Counted from the stretch's first letter, positions 36,601-51,249 are shown. The stretch: 64,000 nucleotides of DNA from Catajapyx aquilonaris (GCA_000934665.2 KZ538844.1:1-64000), one strand, 5' to 3'. The notes: generated by a model from the sequence alone, not told the origin. Translations and numbers: made by a program.

Positions 36601-39600
36601 AAGGCTATGTGGCTATAAGAAGGTACATGGAAGGGACATAAGGAGATGGAAACAGAGGGAAGGAAGACAGGAACGACTGAGGTTCATTCTTGTGAAACGT
36701 CAGTCTTTCCTGTCATCTGTCTCCTACCCCTAAAGGACCTTTCCAAATTGGGTGATCCTGACAGTAGATGAAGCTCTCACCCTGCTCTCACCACTCCACC
36801 AGTATAGCTCCAGGGGGTCATTGGAGAAACACAAGCCACACCACAACAGCACGGTGGAGTGGAATGAAGACTTGAGGAAAAGGCAGATGCACAATGTGTT
36901 GTGGTAATATTGTTGATCCACAACATCATAAGTGCAGTATTAATGCATGTGTAAAAAAATGTGTTAACTATTTTACCTGACTTGAATCATCATGCTTTAG
37001 TGCCATAATTGACCTTTCCCACAAACTGTGCATTTGCAACTGCCCTGGTAAGGCCTGTTCTAATATTTTTCTTAGCAAAACTTCAGTGAGGGCATTGTTG
37101 TTCCTGCAAGAGCTGTACCATTTTTCACCCTGCATTTTTGACTGGGGTTACTGACACTTTTAGTTGGAGTATGAATGTTAATTAAAGTTTGACTTCATTT
37201 CAAATATGTGATCCAGGCTAGGGAAAAATGTGGGCATATTTAATGTTAGAGTATGTAACATTAAATGACATAATTTCCGACATCATTAACGCCTTATGCC
37301 CCAGGGCTGTTTTCCCCGGCAACCTCTGTATTCCAGCTATGTAGATAATATTTAATATCAATACATATTAATATTACATGCATACATGGGAGATTTTTTT
37401 TGTGCCCCACCATAATGTCTGTATATCTCAGATGGTCAAGAGTGGCCAACACGCATATACCAGCATGTTTTTTTTCGGCCTATGTGAGGAGTGTTAAACT
37501 ATATAGTCATCACCTACAAGCGTAGGCACCTGGGGCCAAAGGGCTTAAAGCAATCCTCTTATTATAATTATTTTATCATTCCCAGTGTTACCTGCTACTC
37601 AACTGGATTTGGCACATTCCAATATTTAAATAGTTATCAGTTGCCAATTTAACTGTGTTGTTACTTGGTGAATTAATTGCACTCATATTTTCTGCTATTT
37701 TTTCATACTTTAGGAGGAACCGTGCAATCCAGCCTGGGATATCTGCATATGAACTTCATTTCAACACACTGAAGATTAACGCTGGATATGTGGAGGCAAT
37801 CTTGGCAAACGCCAAGAATGAACATCAGTTCAAATTCCAGCTATTCGCTTTGGAAGACAACACCTTCAGAGTGAAGATTAATGAGGCCTCTCCTCTCAAA
37901 CCTAGATATGAAGTAGAACACGCATTGGCTGATGAACCTGAATTGACCACGTGAGTCTCACCCAGTCGGGGAAATTTACACTATGATATTTTGTTAATGT
38001 CATTACAGTAGAACCCCGATTATCCATCACCCATGGGACTAGGGTATTGTCGGATAACAGAAACACGTTTCTGTTATCCGAGTAGCAAAGGAAAGCGCAA
38101 TAAAAAGCATAAAAAACCTGCAATAATGTACAATATTACGCTTTTCTAATTAATAGTGAAGTGTTTATCTTTTATGTACACACTCTGCTGTTTAAAATTT
38201 AACGAAGGCAATACAAAACAAATGATCAGTAGGCCTGCATTACAGTATTTGATGAGAAAACATAACATTATTGCTGGAGCAGGACGGTCGGATAAGCGGG
38301 ATTCTACTGTATTACTAAATAACTACTTGGGAGTGACCCTTTGGGACCTGGCAAAATCACATTCAAAACAAGAAGTAGCTGAGTCCAAGAATGAAATACA
38401 TTTTTATTGAAAGTGCATCATACGATCATATTATAATCATGCTTAATAGTTAAGGATCGTTTCTGTTCAACTTCCATGTACTCAGAAGATAAAAAATAAG
38501 ATATTTTACCAATAATAACATCTATACTTACACGTTCATGCTCTATGCTATGTATGTGTTTGGAACTATTTTCCTCCTCTAGAAGTTCCTGAATTAATTT
38601 CCCAAAAGATTGCTGTAAAAAAAAACTATAGAAATTCGAGAACTGCCGGCCAATTGTTAGGCTGGTTTAATTATGAAATACCGTACATTAACTTATTCTG
38701 AATATTAACCTTGAGAACCATGGCAGACAAAGTCGCTGAAATCGTCGTACTTTGCGAGAAATAAATGAATTTGGGAGATTTCCGAAGTAACAGGAAAGCC
38801 CCAGATAAGAAATAATTTCTTTCTCGCAAAGTAAGACTATTTCAGCAAATTCTTTTGGCACTATTCTCAAGGTTGTTGTTCCGTGTATTTTAACATATTT
38901 CATAATTTCATCAGCCAAGTAGTTGACCGGAAGTACTCGAATTTTGAGTTTTACAGCAATATTTTTGGAAATTAATTTAGGGACTTCTTGACGAGGAAAA
39001 TTGTTCCAAACACATTAATAGTATTTTCCATGGACGTGTAAGTATAGCTGTTATTTTGTGTAAAATACCTTGTCTGTATCTTCAGAGTACTCGTAAGTGG
39101 AAAACTAGGTGATGGCGGGTATAGCTGGGGCCGAAGGGGTTAAATTTTTAAAATCTGAAATGTATTGCAACCCAGCAATATTTATATTTTATAGTGTCAT
39201 TGTAAGATAGACTTGTCAAGGTGTTCATAAGGAACCTTGCTTTCCAGATTTGAGCTGAAGGACCGCAGTGCTGACATGATTACCCTTGCCAGTGGTCAAA
39301 ACAAGGCTGTAGTTCATGCCAAGCCCTTCAGGATTGACCTGTATGTAGGAGATGATCTGGTCACTGTGGTTAATGCAAGGGGGCTCATGAACTTTGAGCA
39401 ACTCCGACTGAAGCCCCAAGAGTAAGTTTTGTTGTGTTTTAAATTACCGCTTATATTTGGCATGACTTTCTGCTTTTCTGCTATGTTTTACTAATCCTTT
39501 CTCATATCCAGTAACATAAGCAATAGCATGTTGTAGCATTAACCCCTTGGCCCCCAGATCTATGTGCTGCGATTAATTTCTGTTCAACTTGCACGTGCTC

Positions 39601-42600
39601 TGAAGATACGGACAAGATATTTTACAAATAATAGCAGCTATACGTACACATTCATGCTATACACTATGAATGTGTTTGGAACAATTTTCCACTTCTCGGA
39701 GTCGCACAATTAATTTCCAAAAACATCGCCGTAACGACTCGAAATTAAATTATTACTGGCCAACTGTTAGGCTGATTTAATTATGAAATACATTAAAATA
39801 TACGGAATAACAACCCTGAGAATTGGGCTACGACGAATATGCTGAAATCGCAGTACTTCGCGAGAATTAAATTAATACTTACTGCGGGTTGTCTCCCACT
39901 TCGGAAGACTCCAAAATAATTGATTTAATCTTCGAAAAGTACAACAGTTTCAGCAGATTCATCATAGCATGATTCTCAAGGTTGTTATTCCATATATTTT
40001 AATGTATTTCATAATTAAATCAGCCTAACAGTTGGCCGGTAGTAATTAATTTAATTTCGAGTTCTTATGGCGATCTTTTTGGAAATTAATTGTGCGACTT
40101 CTAGAAGTAGAAAATTGTTCCAAACATATTCATAGTGCACAGCATGAATGTGTAAGTAAAGCTGTTATTATTTGTAAAATATCTTGTTCGTATCTTCAGA
40201 GTACGTGCAAGTTGAATAGTAATGAATCTCAGCGCCTAGATCTGGGGGCCAAGGGGTTAACATTTACTCAGCATTAAAACATGTCAAAAGTACAGTAAAA
40301 TGGGGTGACTTTGAGACACTAGGTATTTTGCAAAATTGCTAACTCGAGGCATAGAATTGGCATTGTAGTATTGCACGAAGTCCCCTGGTTACAAATGCCG
40401 TAAGTTGGGTAGTTTATAACCTGGGGACTTTTCTGTACATGTTTACGACTAATAAGCTACACAGGCACAAGTAAGATCAATTTTGTTTCTGTAGTGTCAT
40501 AATCCTGTTTAAAAATATTTATATTTAATTTCAAGATGTCAATATGTGACACATAGTTTATCCTCCTGAGCCCTGATGTCCAATATATTGGACATCAGGT
40601 CTCAGGAGGTTATGAAGTGTGCATGCTGTGTGAGTGTGAAAAAGAAATCAAAAGCACAAATGGGATGTGAATTGATCCTGCCATTATCATGAAATCCAGT
40701 GAAAAATATGGGGTTCTATTAAGTTTTAAATGTTCCTCATAATTTCAGTTACTGTACTGATATAAAATGTGCCTGCACATATGGGAACTTTAAAAAATAA
40801 GGATGACATGAACTGCAATTACGAACAAATTACAAGTGTAATAATTAACACTACCTGCATTGCAGCTTTTTGCTCATTTGGAAAGGATCAGAAAAAAACT
40901 GCTGGCTTATTTCTATTGATTTGTAAGGGTTGAAATAGCATTCAAATTCCTTACTAGAGCTGATCTGCATGGCTATAGCAGTTTGGGTTGCAGTGGTAAA
41001 GCATTTTATAGGTATCAACAGTTCAAAAAGAATTTTCCCGCCGCGTCGAGCGGGCAGCCACGCGTCAGGATGAAAGGAACCTGTTAACTGGTTCCTTTCA
41101 TCCTGACGTGAGGCTGCCCGCTTGACGCGACGGGACAATTCTTTTTGATCTGTTGATACAATGTTGATTTTAAATAGCTCCTCTAGAGCAGTGGAAATGC
41201 ACATTTTCAGCATTTCCCCCCAATTGTGCTATACATCCCTTGAGACCTTCACCAACAGCTGCATCTGTTACTGCCCCTGAGGGGATGTATATAATTATTG
41301 ACCTGGGAAAAATTGAGGTTCCTGTGCAAATAGGAAAAATACTACCTTACTGCCTACATTTCTTATGGGCAGCCCTTCAGTGTCACATAGGCAGCCTGCC
41401 AAAGCTTGGCAAGACCCTGTGGGTAGGAGTGTGACATTCGTACTGGATAGTTAATTGACAGTTAATCATAATAATTGAAACCAAGACCAATGCTTTTTTA
41501 AAAAATAATACCTTGAGTTTGGGCAATAGATAACTAAATAGTAACCACTTTTGGCACCTAATGAATGGAGAAAGGATGAAGAACTATGTGGTACACTGTG
41601 TTCTATTTTCTGATGAAAAGTAAGAACTCAAGTTTTCACATAGAATGATGTGGAGGTCCCGGTGTTACAACCTGATGCCTGAAGTTACATCTTTTTATAG
41701 CATGCTCCAAGGGACATTCTGAAACGAGGTTTCCGTGTCTGCTGACCCCACAAGAAACTACCCTGGGGGTAATTTCATATTTGAAGTTGTCAACCATGTG
41801 TATGATTCAAAGCGGCCCTGAGGTTTGTAAAATGCTGACAGTTCTTGAACCATTGTCCAAGAGTCAGCCTGCAGTGAGATGTGATTTGGGTGATAAAAAC
41901 ATGAAATGAGTGTTTCTGGTCAGCATCCTAGGAATTTCTACAGCAATCAAACTGTATTCCACATATTTTGCACTCATTCTGCTTCCTGCACACTTATGGG
42001 ACCACATGGAGCCATTCTAGAGACATCATAAGTGTTGTACCAAATTGGTGATGCATCTCTATTTTGTGCCCAGACTTGGAAACCCTCCTTTCATAAAATC
42101 CCTCACATATTGGAGGTGATCTGGAATAATACAATTTACATAGCATAGAAATTGAGATGAATTCCATTCTTCAATTCCCTAGAATCCATGAGAGGAACAC
42201 TGGTGATGATGCTAACATGATTAGGCCCATTCACATGGGCACAAGTTTGTATCATGTCCTGATCATGATCCAGTGACAATTCGCAGGTTCACACAGATGG
42301 AAATACATTTCTTAGGTTGCTCTGCTCACTAAAAGGACATCATTTCCCTTATGCATAATTATACAGGGTGAAGGGAAACTTGTGCCCAGTCGCCAGGTAG
42401 ACTGATAGAACTCGCAAAACTAATGTATAGGGATGTGCAATTAGTTTTGGGCGCCTTAGCGTAGTTAATATGTAATGTGCCTTTAAAGTTTCTTGGCGTC
42501 ACATCCGCTCCGCCAGTTTCAAAGAAGCAAAAGCCAGCTCGAGGGCCTCCGAATAATCCGTCCTTGGTCCCCTACCACATTGTCCATGTGCAATAGGTGA

Positions 42601-43986
42601 TCAAATCTCGCCAGAGTAAGAATCCGGGTGCGACAACCATGCACTTTGTCGTTTTTATCTCATGTTTTACCATCTGGCCCTCGACACTTTAACCCAGTGT
42701 TTCTCAACCTTTTTACTCTTGCGGAACCCTTGAAATAATATTCATATTTCAAGGAACCCCTACATAAAAATTAAGTGATTAAAAAAACGTGTTACGCTCA
42801 AACACCGAAAACGCTCACTGAGCGAAAAAAAAAGACCATGTCGCAAAATGGTGGTTTGAAAACAACCATTTCGTGAAATTGACTTGTTTCCCCCTCAATG
42901 GGCGTTTTCGTCGTTTGACCCTAACAGAGGTTGGACAAAATAATAGGGACACCTGCTAAAGGAGGTTGAAAGTTCGTGTCTGTTTTATTCTAAAACCAGA
43001 ACTGGAAGTTACAAAGTTGATTTTACTGAGTTTTGAACCTCTGTTGATGTAGTACATATTATTCTGTCAAGGTATGCCGATTTTTACGAAAGTCACAAGA
43101 GGAGCTGGGGAAACCAAATGCAAACAATCCAGCTGCCATTTTCGACCAGAGTGTCCCACCTTTTTCATTTGAAAATGAAAGCAGTTACCGTAATTTACTC
43201 TACTGGGTATTGAAGTTCTAATGATGTAAATGTGTGGCATGGGTTGGATAATGGAAACCCCTGTTACAGTTAGTGTACACTACAATTTTTTAATTGCTAG
43301 GGTGTTTAACCACCTTTGCCTTCAATACAGCCACAATCCGTCTTGGAATGGACCCATTCAAGTTTTGAACAGTCTGTACCTGTATCAGATCTAGTGTTGG
43401 AGGGGGGGGGGGGGGNNNNNNNTGTCGTTTCTCTTTTTTTTTCCCCCCCACTCTCTGTCTCGGATTTTTGGCCCATCTGTATACCACACAAACTGACATA
43501 GTTCGAGCTTAAAACACAGTAATGTTCATATCTGTAACACTTTCCATTTTCAAATGAGTAGGGCAGGGCACTCTGGTTGAAAACTGTGGATGAGGTGTCG
43601 TTCGACTCTTGTTTCCTCTCTCTGCTTGTGATTTTTGAGCCATCTGCAGACCTTCACAATGTACATTGACATAGTTACCGAAGCAGTAGTGGTGTAGTGG
43701 TATGGTGTCCGACTGCTAATCGGGAGGTCCTGGGTTCAAATCCCGGAGGCCGGCGACCCTGGTCATGGTTTTCTGTGGTTTCCCATGGTCATCACAGGAT
43801 AATTCCGGGGTCGTTACCGTAATTATAGGCCACAGCCGCTTCCTTCCTTACCTATCCTTGCCTCAATTCCGATGAAAAAGTATAGTAAAAATGGAAAGAG
43901 TTCCAGACAAAAAAATTGGGAGAAATCCCCCCCTAATAAAGCCCAAAGGGCTGATAATGGGGTATCTATTATTATTATTATTATTG

Positions 43987-44035
<49 letters not shown>

Positions 44036-44044
44036 TACTATTAT

Positions 44045-44092
<48 letters not shown>

Positions 44093-47000
44093 ATCGACAT
44101 AGTTCAAAACTCCGTGAAAGTTACCTTTGTAACATTCCCAGTTTTCGAATGAGATCGACGTGAACTTTCAATCGCTTTTCGCAAGTATCTCCATTATTTT
44201 GTCCAACCCCTGCACATAAATATCAATTTATGACTCAAAAATACCTTTACAGAATATGATTAGCCTATTCGTCACAATTTCTCGCGAAACTCCTGGTGAC
44301 TGCTTGCGGAACCCAGTTGAGAAACACTGCTTTAACCGGTTGAGGGCGACGAGCATCATATGAGGATCTGCGGATGTTTGAATTTGGCGCACTAAAATGT
44401 GCACAGAGAATTCGAACTTTGCGGTTCCAAATTCGGTTCAATATACTCGTGACATCTCTTGGATGGTGACTAAGTTACCTTGAGACTCCCGCAATCCACT
44501 TGGTGGGAGCCAATCTGTGTTGAAAATGCCAAGGCCACACGGCTGCCACGTCATCTTTCATTTAAAAAAACGCCCGAGTACAGGGTGCCCGTAGAGTCTG
44601 GACCCTTGGGAGTTTCTCATAGTACAGTGTTGTGGTAATATTATGCAACCATAATAACAGTGTATAGTGATTATGTAACCTTGTTCAGCCTATCGATGTT
44701 ATGCGAGCCAAACCATTCTTAAAAAATTATTTCTGGAACACCCTCTAGATGAATTTTATTCCGGCATTTTACATTAAAAAGGACCACCACGAATTAAAAC
44801 GATTAATTGTGGCGCGAAATTGTTATTCCTTAATATCACTCCTACGTCAAATTTTGGACAAAAGAGAAAAAACCTCTCCAAAACTCTGCCGTCAACAGGT
44901 TAAAGGAGCCGTACACATTACTATGCATCGGCGCCCAAAACTAATTGCACATCCCTATATTAGTTGCGAGTACATCAGTCTACCTGGCGTTTGGGCGCGA
45001 GTTTCCCTTCACCCTGTATTCTCAGATTGCATTGCCAATTTTTGAAAGCCATTGCTACAGACTCGTGTGTACTAAATTCAGAAGCAGTGCACTTCACAAA
45101 TTACCTGTAGGAGCCACAGGATGAACTTATTGAACCATGCCTTGTGTTTTGCGAGGGGTAAATAAGTCAGGGGCCATTGGTGCATCGCGATTTGGTGCTG
45201 TCCCCCCTAGTAGAAGAGCAGAGTGCAGAAAACACCAGATTGTCCATTACAATGGCAGCTCATGTTCCATACCTGCCCAACTTAATGTGAGATCCACTGT
45301 CATATAGCATCAGAAGTGGTGCGAAGTGTGCAATGCACCAAGATCCTCCAAATCAAACATATACCATGGACTTTTGCAATACGTTAGGTTTGGTGATGCC
45401 ATCTTGGCCTTTTTTTTTCCGGGTCTGTCTTGGGTGCTGTGTGAACACTTCAAAACTATTAGGTATAGTCAATAAGTTCCCATCCCGGCTGGCTGGAGGC
45501 CAGCAGGTGACACGGAGACAGGTGCTGCTGTGGTTGGCTGTGAGGTACATTAGCAGTCACCAATCTGGCCAAGAGTGAACTCAGTGTGCTGCGTAATAGC
45601 TGCGGTACACAGTCGAGAAATGTCGTTCACCATATCAGGTGCGTCCAAGGCAGACGAACGGGCAGTAATTCAGTTCCTGTGTGCAGAGGGACCGGGACCG
45701 AAGGAGATTCATACACGCATGAGGGCTGTGTATGGAGACACTTGCCTGGCGTACTCGACAGTGAAGGACTGGGTACGCCATTTCCGCAGTGGTCGATGCA
45801 AGCGCCGATCACTTTGAACCAACCCCTCGCCGCACACTAGGCTTGCATCGTTGGAGGCGGTAACAGGTCGGCCTGATCGTGCCATGTCCGACGTGCCTTG
45901 TCGACAACACGGAAATGGCGTACCCAGTCCTTCACTGTCGAGTACGCCACGCAAGTGTCTCCATACACAGTCCTCATGCGTGTGTGAATCTCCTTCGGTC
46001 TCGCTCCCTCTGCCCACAGGAACTGAATTACTGCCCATTCGTCCACCTTGGACGCGCCTGATATGGTGAACGACATTTCTCGACTGTGTACCGCAGCTAT
46101 TACGCAGCACACTGAGTTCACTCTTGGCCAGATTGGTGACTGCTAATGTACCTCACAGCCAACCACAGCAGCACCTGTCTCCGTGTCACCTGCCGGCCTC
46201 CCGCGGCCGGGACGGGAACTTATTGACTGTACTAATACAATGTTATCCAACCACCATTGGATCATGATCAGAACATGATATAACTTCTGATGAGATTGTG
46301 ATACCACAAGGTAGGCATCAAAAATACCAAACTCTAAAACTTAGAAAATTCCGTTATACTGCTTCACACGTGTGTTTTTGAATCACTTATTTATTCTTGA
46401 TATTACCTGAGCAATTTGAACTTTCATTTCATTTTTTGATTTACTTATGGGGATTTGAGGTTAGGAAATCTGACTCAACACTTATGAGCGTGATGGAAAG
46501 ACAAAAGTGAATGGGGTGTTTGGATTGGATGAAGGTATTGTACAAAAAATGTCCCTGTGAAACTTGAGTGTGCTGCTGCCTGTGTGCTGATTGAGTGAAG
46601 TATTCTTGTAGTCTGGTGTTGCATCTGACTGTAGTATAACCAGATTTTCCTTTTTCAGTTTTTTTTTTGTTGTTGCTTGTTTGGTTGGTGAAGGATCCTC
46701 CAGTAACATTTCCCCCATTTTTCTAACCCATGTTTTTTCAGCACATCACGAGGCTGGCTTGGCTTTCTACCTGTCAGATTTTTCAGGCCTGTGGAAGGTG
46801 ATACAAATGAAGCTGCAGCTGGTGAGGCTGCAGGAGCAGCTGCCGAAGACAATGAACCTGGAATGTGGGAAGAAACATTCAAAACACACACAGATTCCAA
46901 GCCCAGTGGACCTACATCTATTGGAATGGATGTTTCGTTCATTGGGGCAGAAAACGTGTATGGGATACCCATGCATGCGGATTCATTTGCATTGAAGGAG

Positions 47001-48617
47001 ACTAAGTATGGCATGCTCTAATTGTGGCACTTGCAATAAATTCAAAGGGCATTATATTACAATTGACTATTTTACAGGGACGGTGACCCATACAGGATGT
47101 ACAACTCAGACATATTCGAGTATGAACTATACAGCAGGATGACTCTGTATGGTTCTGTACCTGTCATGTATGCCCATAGGTGAGTTTCTCCTAGTTCTTG
47201 ACAAAGTTGTTATGGTTAACATTAGTTTGGCATAGAGGTTGTCTTGCACTTTTGGTCTTCAAGTTATATCAACTGATTTACAGGAAACTTTTTGGAATTT
47301 AAATATTGACTATAAATGGATACATACACTCAGAGATTGCAAAAACACTACTGCACCATTGCACACATATTACAGGAAATTCTTATTACATCAATTACAT
47401 TGAAATAATTTTCATTGGTGAAATGTTGATGCAAATGTGCAGATTTCATCAGTTGTCAATTTCTCTTTTAGCATCAAGCATACTGTTGGTATGTTCTGGC
47501 ACAACTCTGCTGAGACCTGGGTAGATATCGGCATTGGTCCAGATCGTAACATGGTGTCATCCCTGGTGAGTCTTGTGTCAGGACAGTCAGACAACCGCCA
47601 GATTGACACTCACTGGATGTCTGAGAGTGGAGTACTGGACATGTTCTTCATGATGGGCCCCACTCCATTGGATGTCTCCAGGCAGTATGGAGTACTGACC
47701 GGAAATGCACCTTTACCTCAACTGTTTGCACTGGGTTACCACCAAAGCAGGTGGAACTACAATGACCAAAAGGATGTAGTTACAGTGCTTTCATTGTTTG
47801 ATGAGTATGATATCCCTGTGGATGCAATTTGGCTGGACATTGAGCACACCGAGGGCAAGAAGTACTTGACATGGGATCCAGTGAAGTTTTCCCACCCAGA
47901 TGAGATGATGCAGAATATAACTGCTAAGGGAAGGAAGTTGATCACCATAGTCGACCCCCATATCAAGAGGGATTCCAACTATTTCCTCCACAATGACGCA
48001 ACTAGCAATGGGTATTATGTCAAGAACAAGGATGGAAATGACTATGAAGGTGAGGGCACTTGTATTTGGTGAGAATCAAGATGACATAATTGAAGACTGT
48101 TGGTGGTGATGATTCAGTGCTAAGAATGTAAATAATTGATACCCCATGATCGGCCTCCTTGGGCCTCTTAGGGGGTCATCTTTTCATGAACTGTCTTAAT
48201 CATTGCCTGCGCTGTGATGGATTTTGATTGTGGGAGGAACCGGGAGAACCCCGAGAAAACCCACACGAACACTGAGAGAACCCATCGAAACTCGATCCAC
48301 ATAAGTATACCCTGTCCGACCTAGGGATCGAACTTGGGACCTCAGAGGTGGAAGGCTGTGGCGCTAACCACTCCACCACCATGTTGCCCTCAGTACTAAG
48401 AATGTAATCATGGGGCAAGACTAATTAATTTTCTGACGTTACACCTTTTACGTTAAGGATTGCTATCCTGGGAACATACATGTGAGGGGTAGTTGGCTTG
48501 GGGATCTATTAAATTTGAAAGCAGTGGGGACCAGCTCTTAACATTTTGCTGTGCTAGCATGCTGGAAAAAGCTGGTGGCTGGATATGGTGCCCAACCTAA
48601 CTGGGGGNNNNNNNNNN

Positions 48618-48653
<36 letters not shown>

Positions 48654-51249
48654 CAGGTGCCAGAATGCCCTTTGCTGGTGCTCACTAAGTGGGGGTTGGT
48701 TAGAGTGGAGCAGAAAATGCATGCTACTATATTCTCAGGGCTCATGCACAGACCCCGGAAAGATTCTTTACTGCCCAAGCTTGATTTGTATGTTGACAGG
48801 CTGGCCATTCCAGCCCTGGTTATCCCTATTGACACCCCACCACAAATTTTCAGTGGCTGCTTTTTTGGTTTGTGGGTAGGGCTTGGGACTGACTGAGATT
48901 GGCTGTTGACCCATTTGGGATTACAACAAATGGTCTTCCCATTGTTTGGTGGAAGTCAGGTCTGCAGAATGTAACAGTCACTGAGGGAGAGGCTTATTTG
49001 GCACAAAGGTAGTATACAATGCAAAATTAATTCTTTCATTATCCAATGCCATGCTTATGGCAGAAACATTGCTAAAGGACCCATGACAGATGGAGCTCTC
49101 AAGATTGCACCGTAAACTGTTGAAGTGCTTCTTGTGGCAGAGAAAGTGTTGGATTTTTTACCCTTAACACTAATAGGATTGACTCAACTTTGTATTTTTT
49201 ACCAGTTTTGGGAGGGTAAGCAATAAAAAAAGTGCTGGCACCTTGTTACTGAAGTGAAATGTCAAATTTTGCATTCAATGTCTGTGCCTTGAGTTGATCT
49301 ATGCCAGATTGGGTTTTAGCTGATGAACGATGATTTTGCTATGGGACGGGGAGTCAGCTCATTCTATCAGATGCACCTAAAGTACAATTGCCTTTGGCAT
49401 TTTAAATGTCTCTTCTAAACTGTCACTTTTGAAGGTAACCCACACCAATATCAGCAACTGGTGGTGCCCACTGACTTGGTGTGTGTAAATAACTGGGAAA
49501 ATTCCAATGACCTTGCCAGAGAATAAGAAATTTAGTTTTGCAGTTTCGTCCTGAATATATTTAAAGTGATATTTTGAAAAAGTACCATATTGTGGTGCTT
49601 ATTTTTACAAAACCTGGAAACTTTTGTTTTGATGTCATCTCTTCTGCATATCTTTGCTTAATAGTTTCATAGAATTAACAGGCAGTTGAGCATAACATTA
49701 ATCAATATTGACAAATATGAAGTAAAATGCTTCAAGGCTAATTCTGCACCTACAATGAGGAGTCCAATTCCTCCTATCATGTCAATCGCTTAAATTATCC
49801 CCTTCTTAATATATGTACTGTGTTCAGGGGTCATCTATAGTTTGTCCAAACCATGACTTGAACTGCCCCAGTTCTGTGATTTCCTTCAGTACACCAAAGG
49901 GCTAGTGGGCCCCCTGGGAAGTGAATGGCTGGGAGGGAATCCCCACCCTGGGTATATGGTCAGTCTGACATTGCACATTGGTCTACTAGTCAGACTAGAT
50001 TCTGTGTACACTAATGGGCTATTGCGAATCGATTACTTTTGCTGCCTTCCCTTCCAAAGGCAAAGGCCTACACACTACACTATAGCTGGATTTTATCTAC
50101 AATAAAGTGTGCAACCAAAATTATGCAACTCCTCCGGCATGGAAATACCATTTTTTAACACGCACATTTGTAAGAGCATTTTGCTGAGCTATTATAATTC
50201 CAACTCTGTGCTTTGGTGATGTCCTGCCTACCTAAGCATTGGAATTACTCCATCTTGACAAAATACATGGAAAAGAAAATATTTCAGTGCTCGTGGACCT
50301 ATGCGATTTTGATTATGCACTCGGTTGCATTGATACTGTACATGAATCCAGATCTAGTGATCATAAGCTGCAATACTGTCATGCCCATGACTTGCATTAC
50401 TAATTGCCTATGTCATATGTGGCTTGGGAAAGGGAAAAAATTGTTACCTACACATGTGTCATTGTGACACATTATCATTCATTTGATTACTAATGTTGTG
50501 CGATATTTGGAATTTCAGGATGGTGTTGGCCAGGATCAGCAAGCTATCTGGACTTTTTCAGCCCTACGGTGCGTGACTACTGGGCAGGGCGGTTTGCTTT
50601 CGACAAATATAAAGGTACCACCAAGGATGTCTACATCTGGAATGACATGAACGAACCATCTGTCTTCAACGGCCCTGAGATCACTATGAATAAAGATTGC
50701 ATCCATTATGGCGGCTGGGAGCATAGGGATGTGCACAATGCTTATGGCTTAGTTAATGTAAGTTCCAGTATTACATTTTCAATTTTTTTAAAAGATGTGA
50801 ACTGCAAGTGTAAAGCAGAGTTCATAGGGAAAAGGGCAGCATGGTAGTGTAGTTGTTACAGTTACAACCTTACTACATCTGAGGTCCTAAGTTTAATCCC
50901 TGGAGGAGGAATTTCTCCTGTGGAAATAGTTCCAGTGGGTCTGTCTCTGTTTTAACTTGGGTTTTATCAGGTGCTGCTATTATTCCCCCCTATGAAAATC
51001 TGTTATCATTGATATAATATGTTGTATAAATAATAATTAGGGGTGAATGAAAGATTATCATCTGAAAGGAGACAGGCCTATCAGTGGTTGTTGGGGTGAA
51101 AATACTCATAGAGAACACAGATGTTCTTGCATGTAATGCAGCAGCTCAGAAGACTGTTTTTACCTTGAAAATAGGATGTTTCAGCATCTATTACCGTGGT
51201 CATGTTGCTGCGCTAAGGTTAATTGAGTGTTTCTAAATTCAAATAAATA

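Larger units (their letters stand above)
42695..44329. mobile_element. hAT (Charlie-like) MITE
   Basis: CAGTGTTTCTCAAC ... GTTGAGAAACACTG; perfect 8-bp TSD ctttaacc at 42687-42694 and 44330-44337. Confidence 0.9.
42362..45018. mobile_element. Tc1/mariner-type MITE (~95-bp TIRs) hosting nested insertions
   Basis: TA-cagggtgaagggaaact...gcaattagttttgggcgcc and its inverse ending ttcccttcaccctg-TA. Confidence 0.85.

Noticed and set aside
43823..44163. Poly-Leu/Ile/Thr/Val ORFs (also at 32784-33214)
   Set aside because: Translations of trinucleotide microsatellites.
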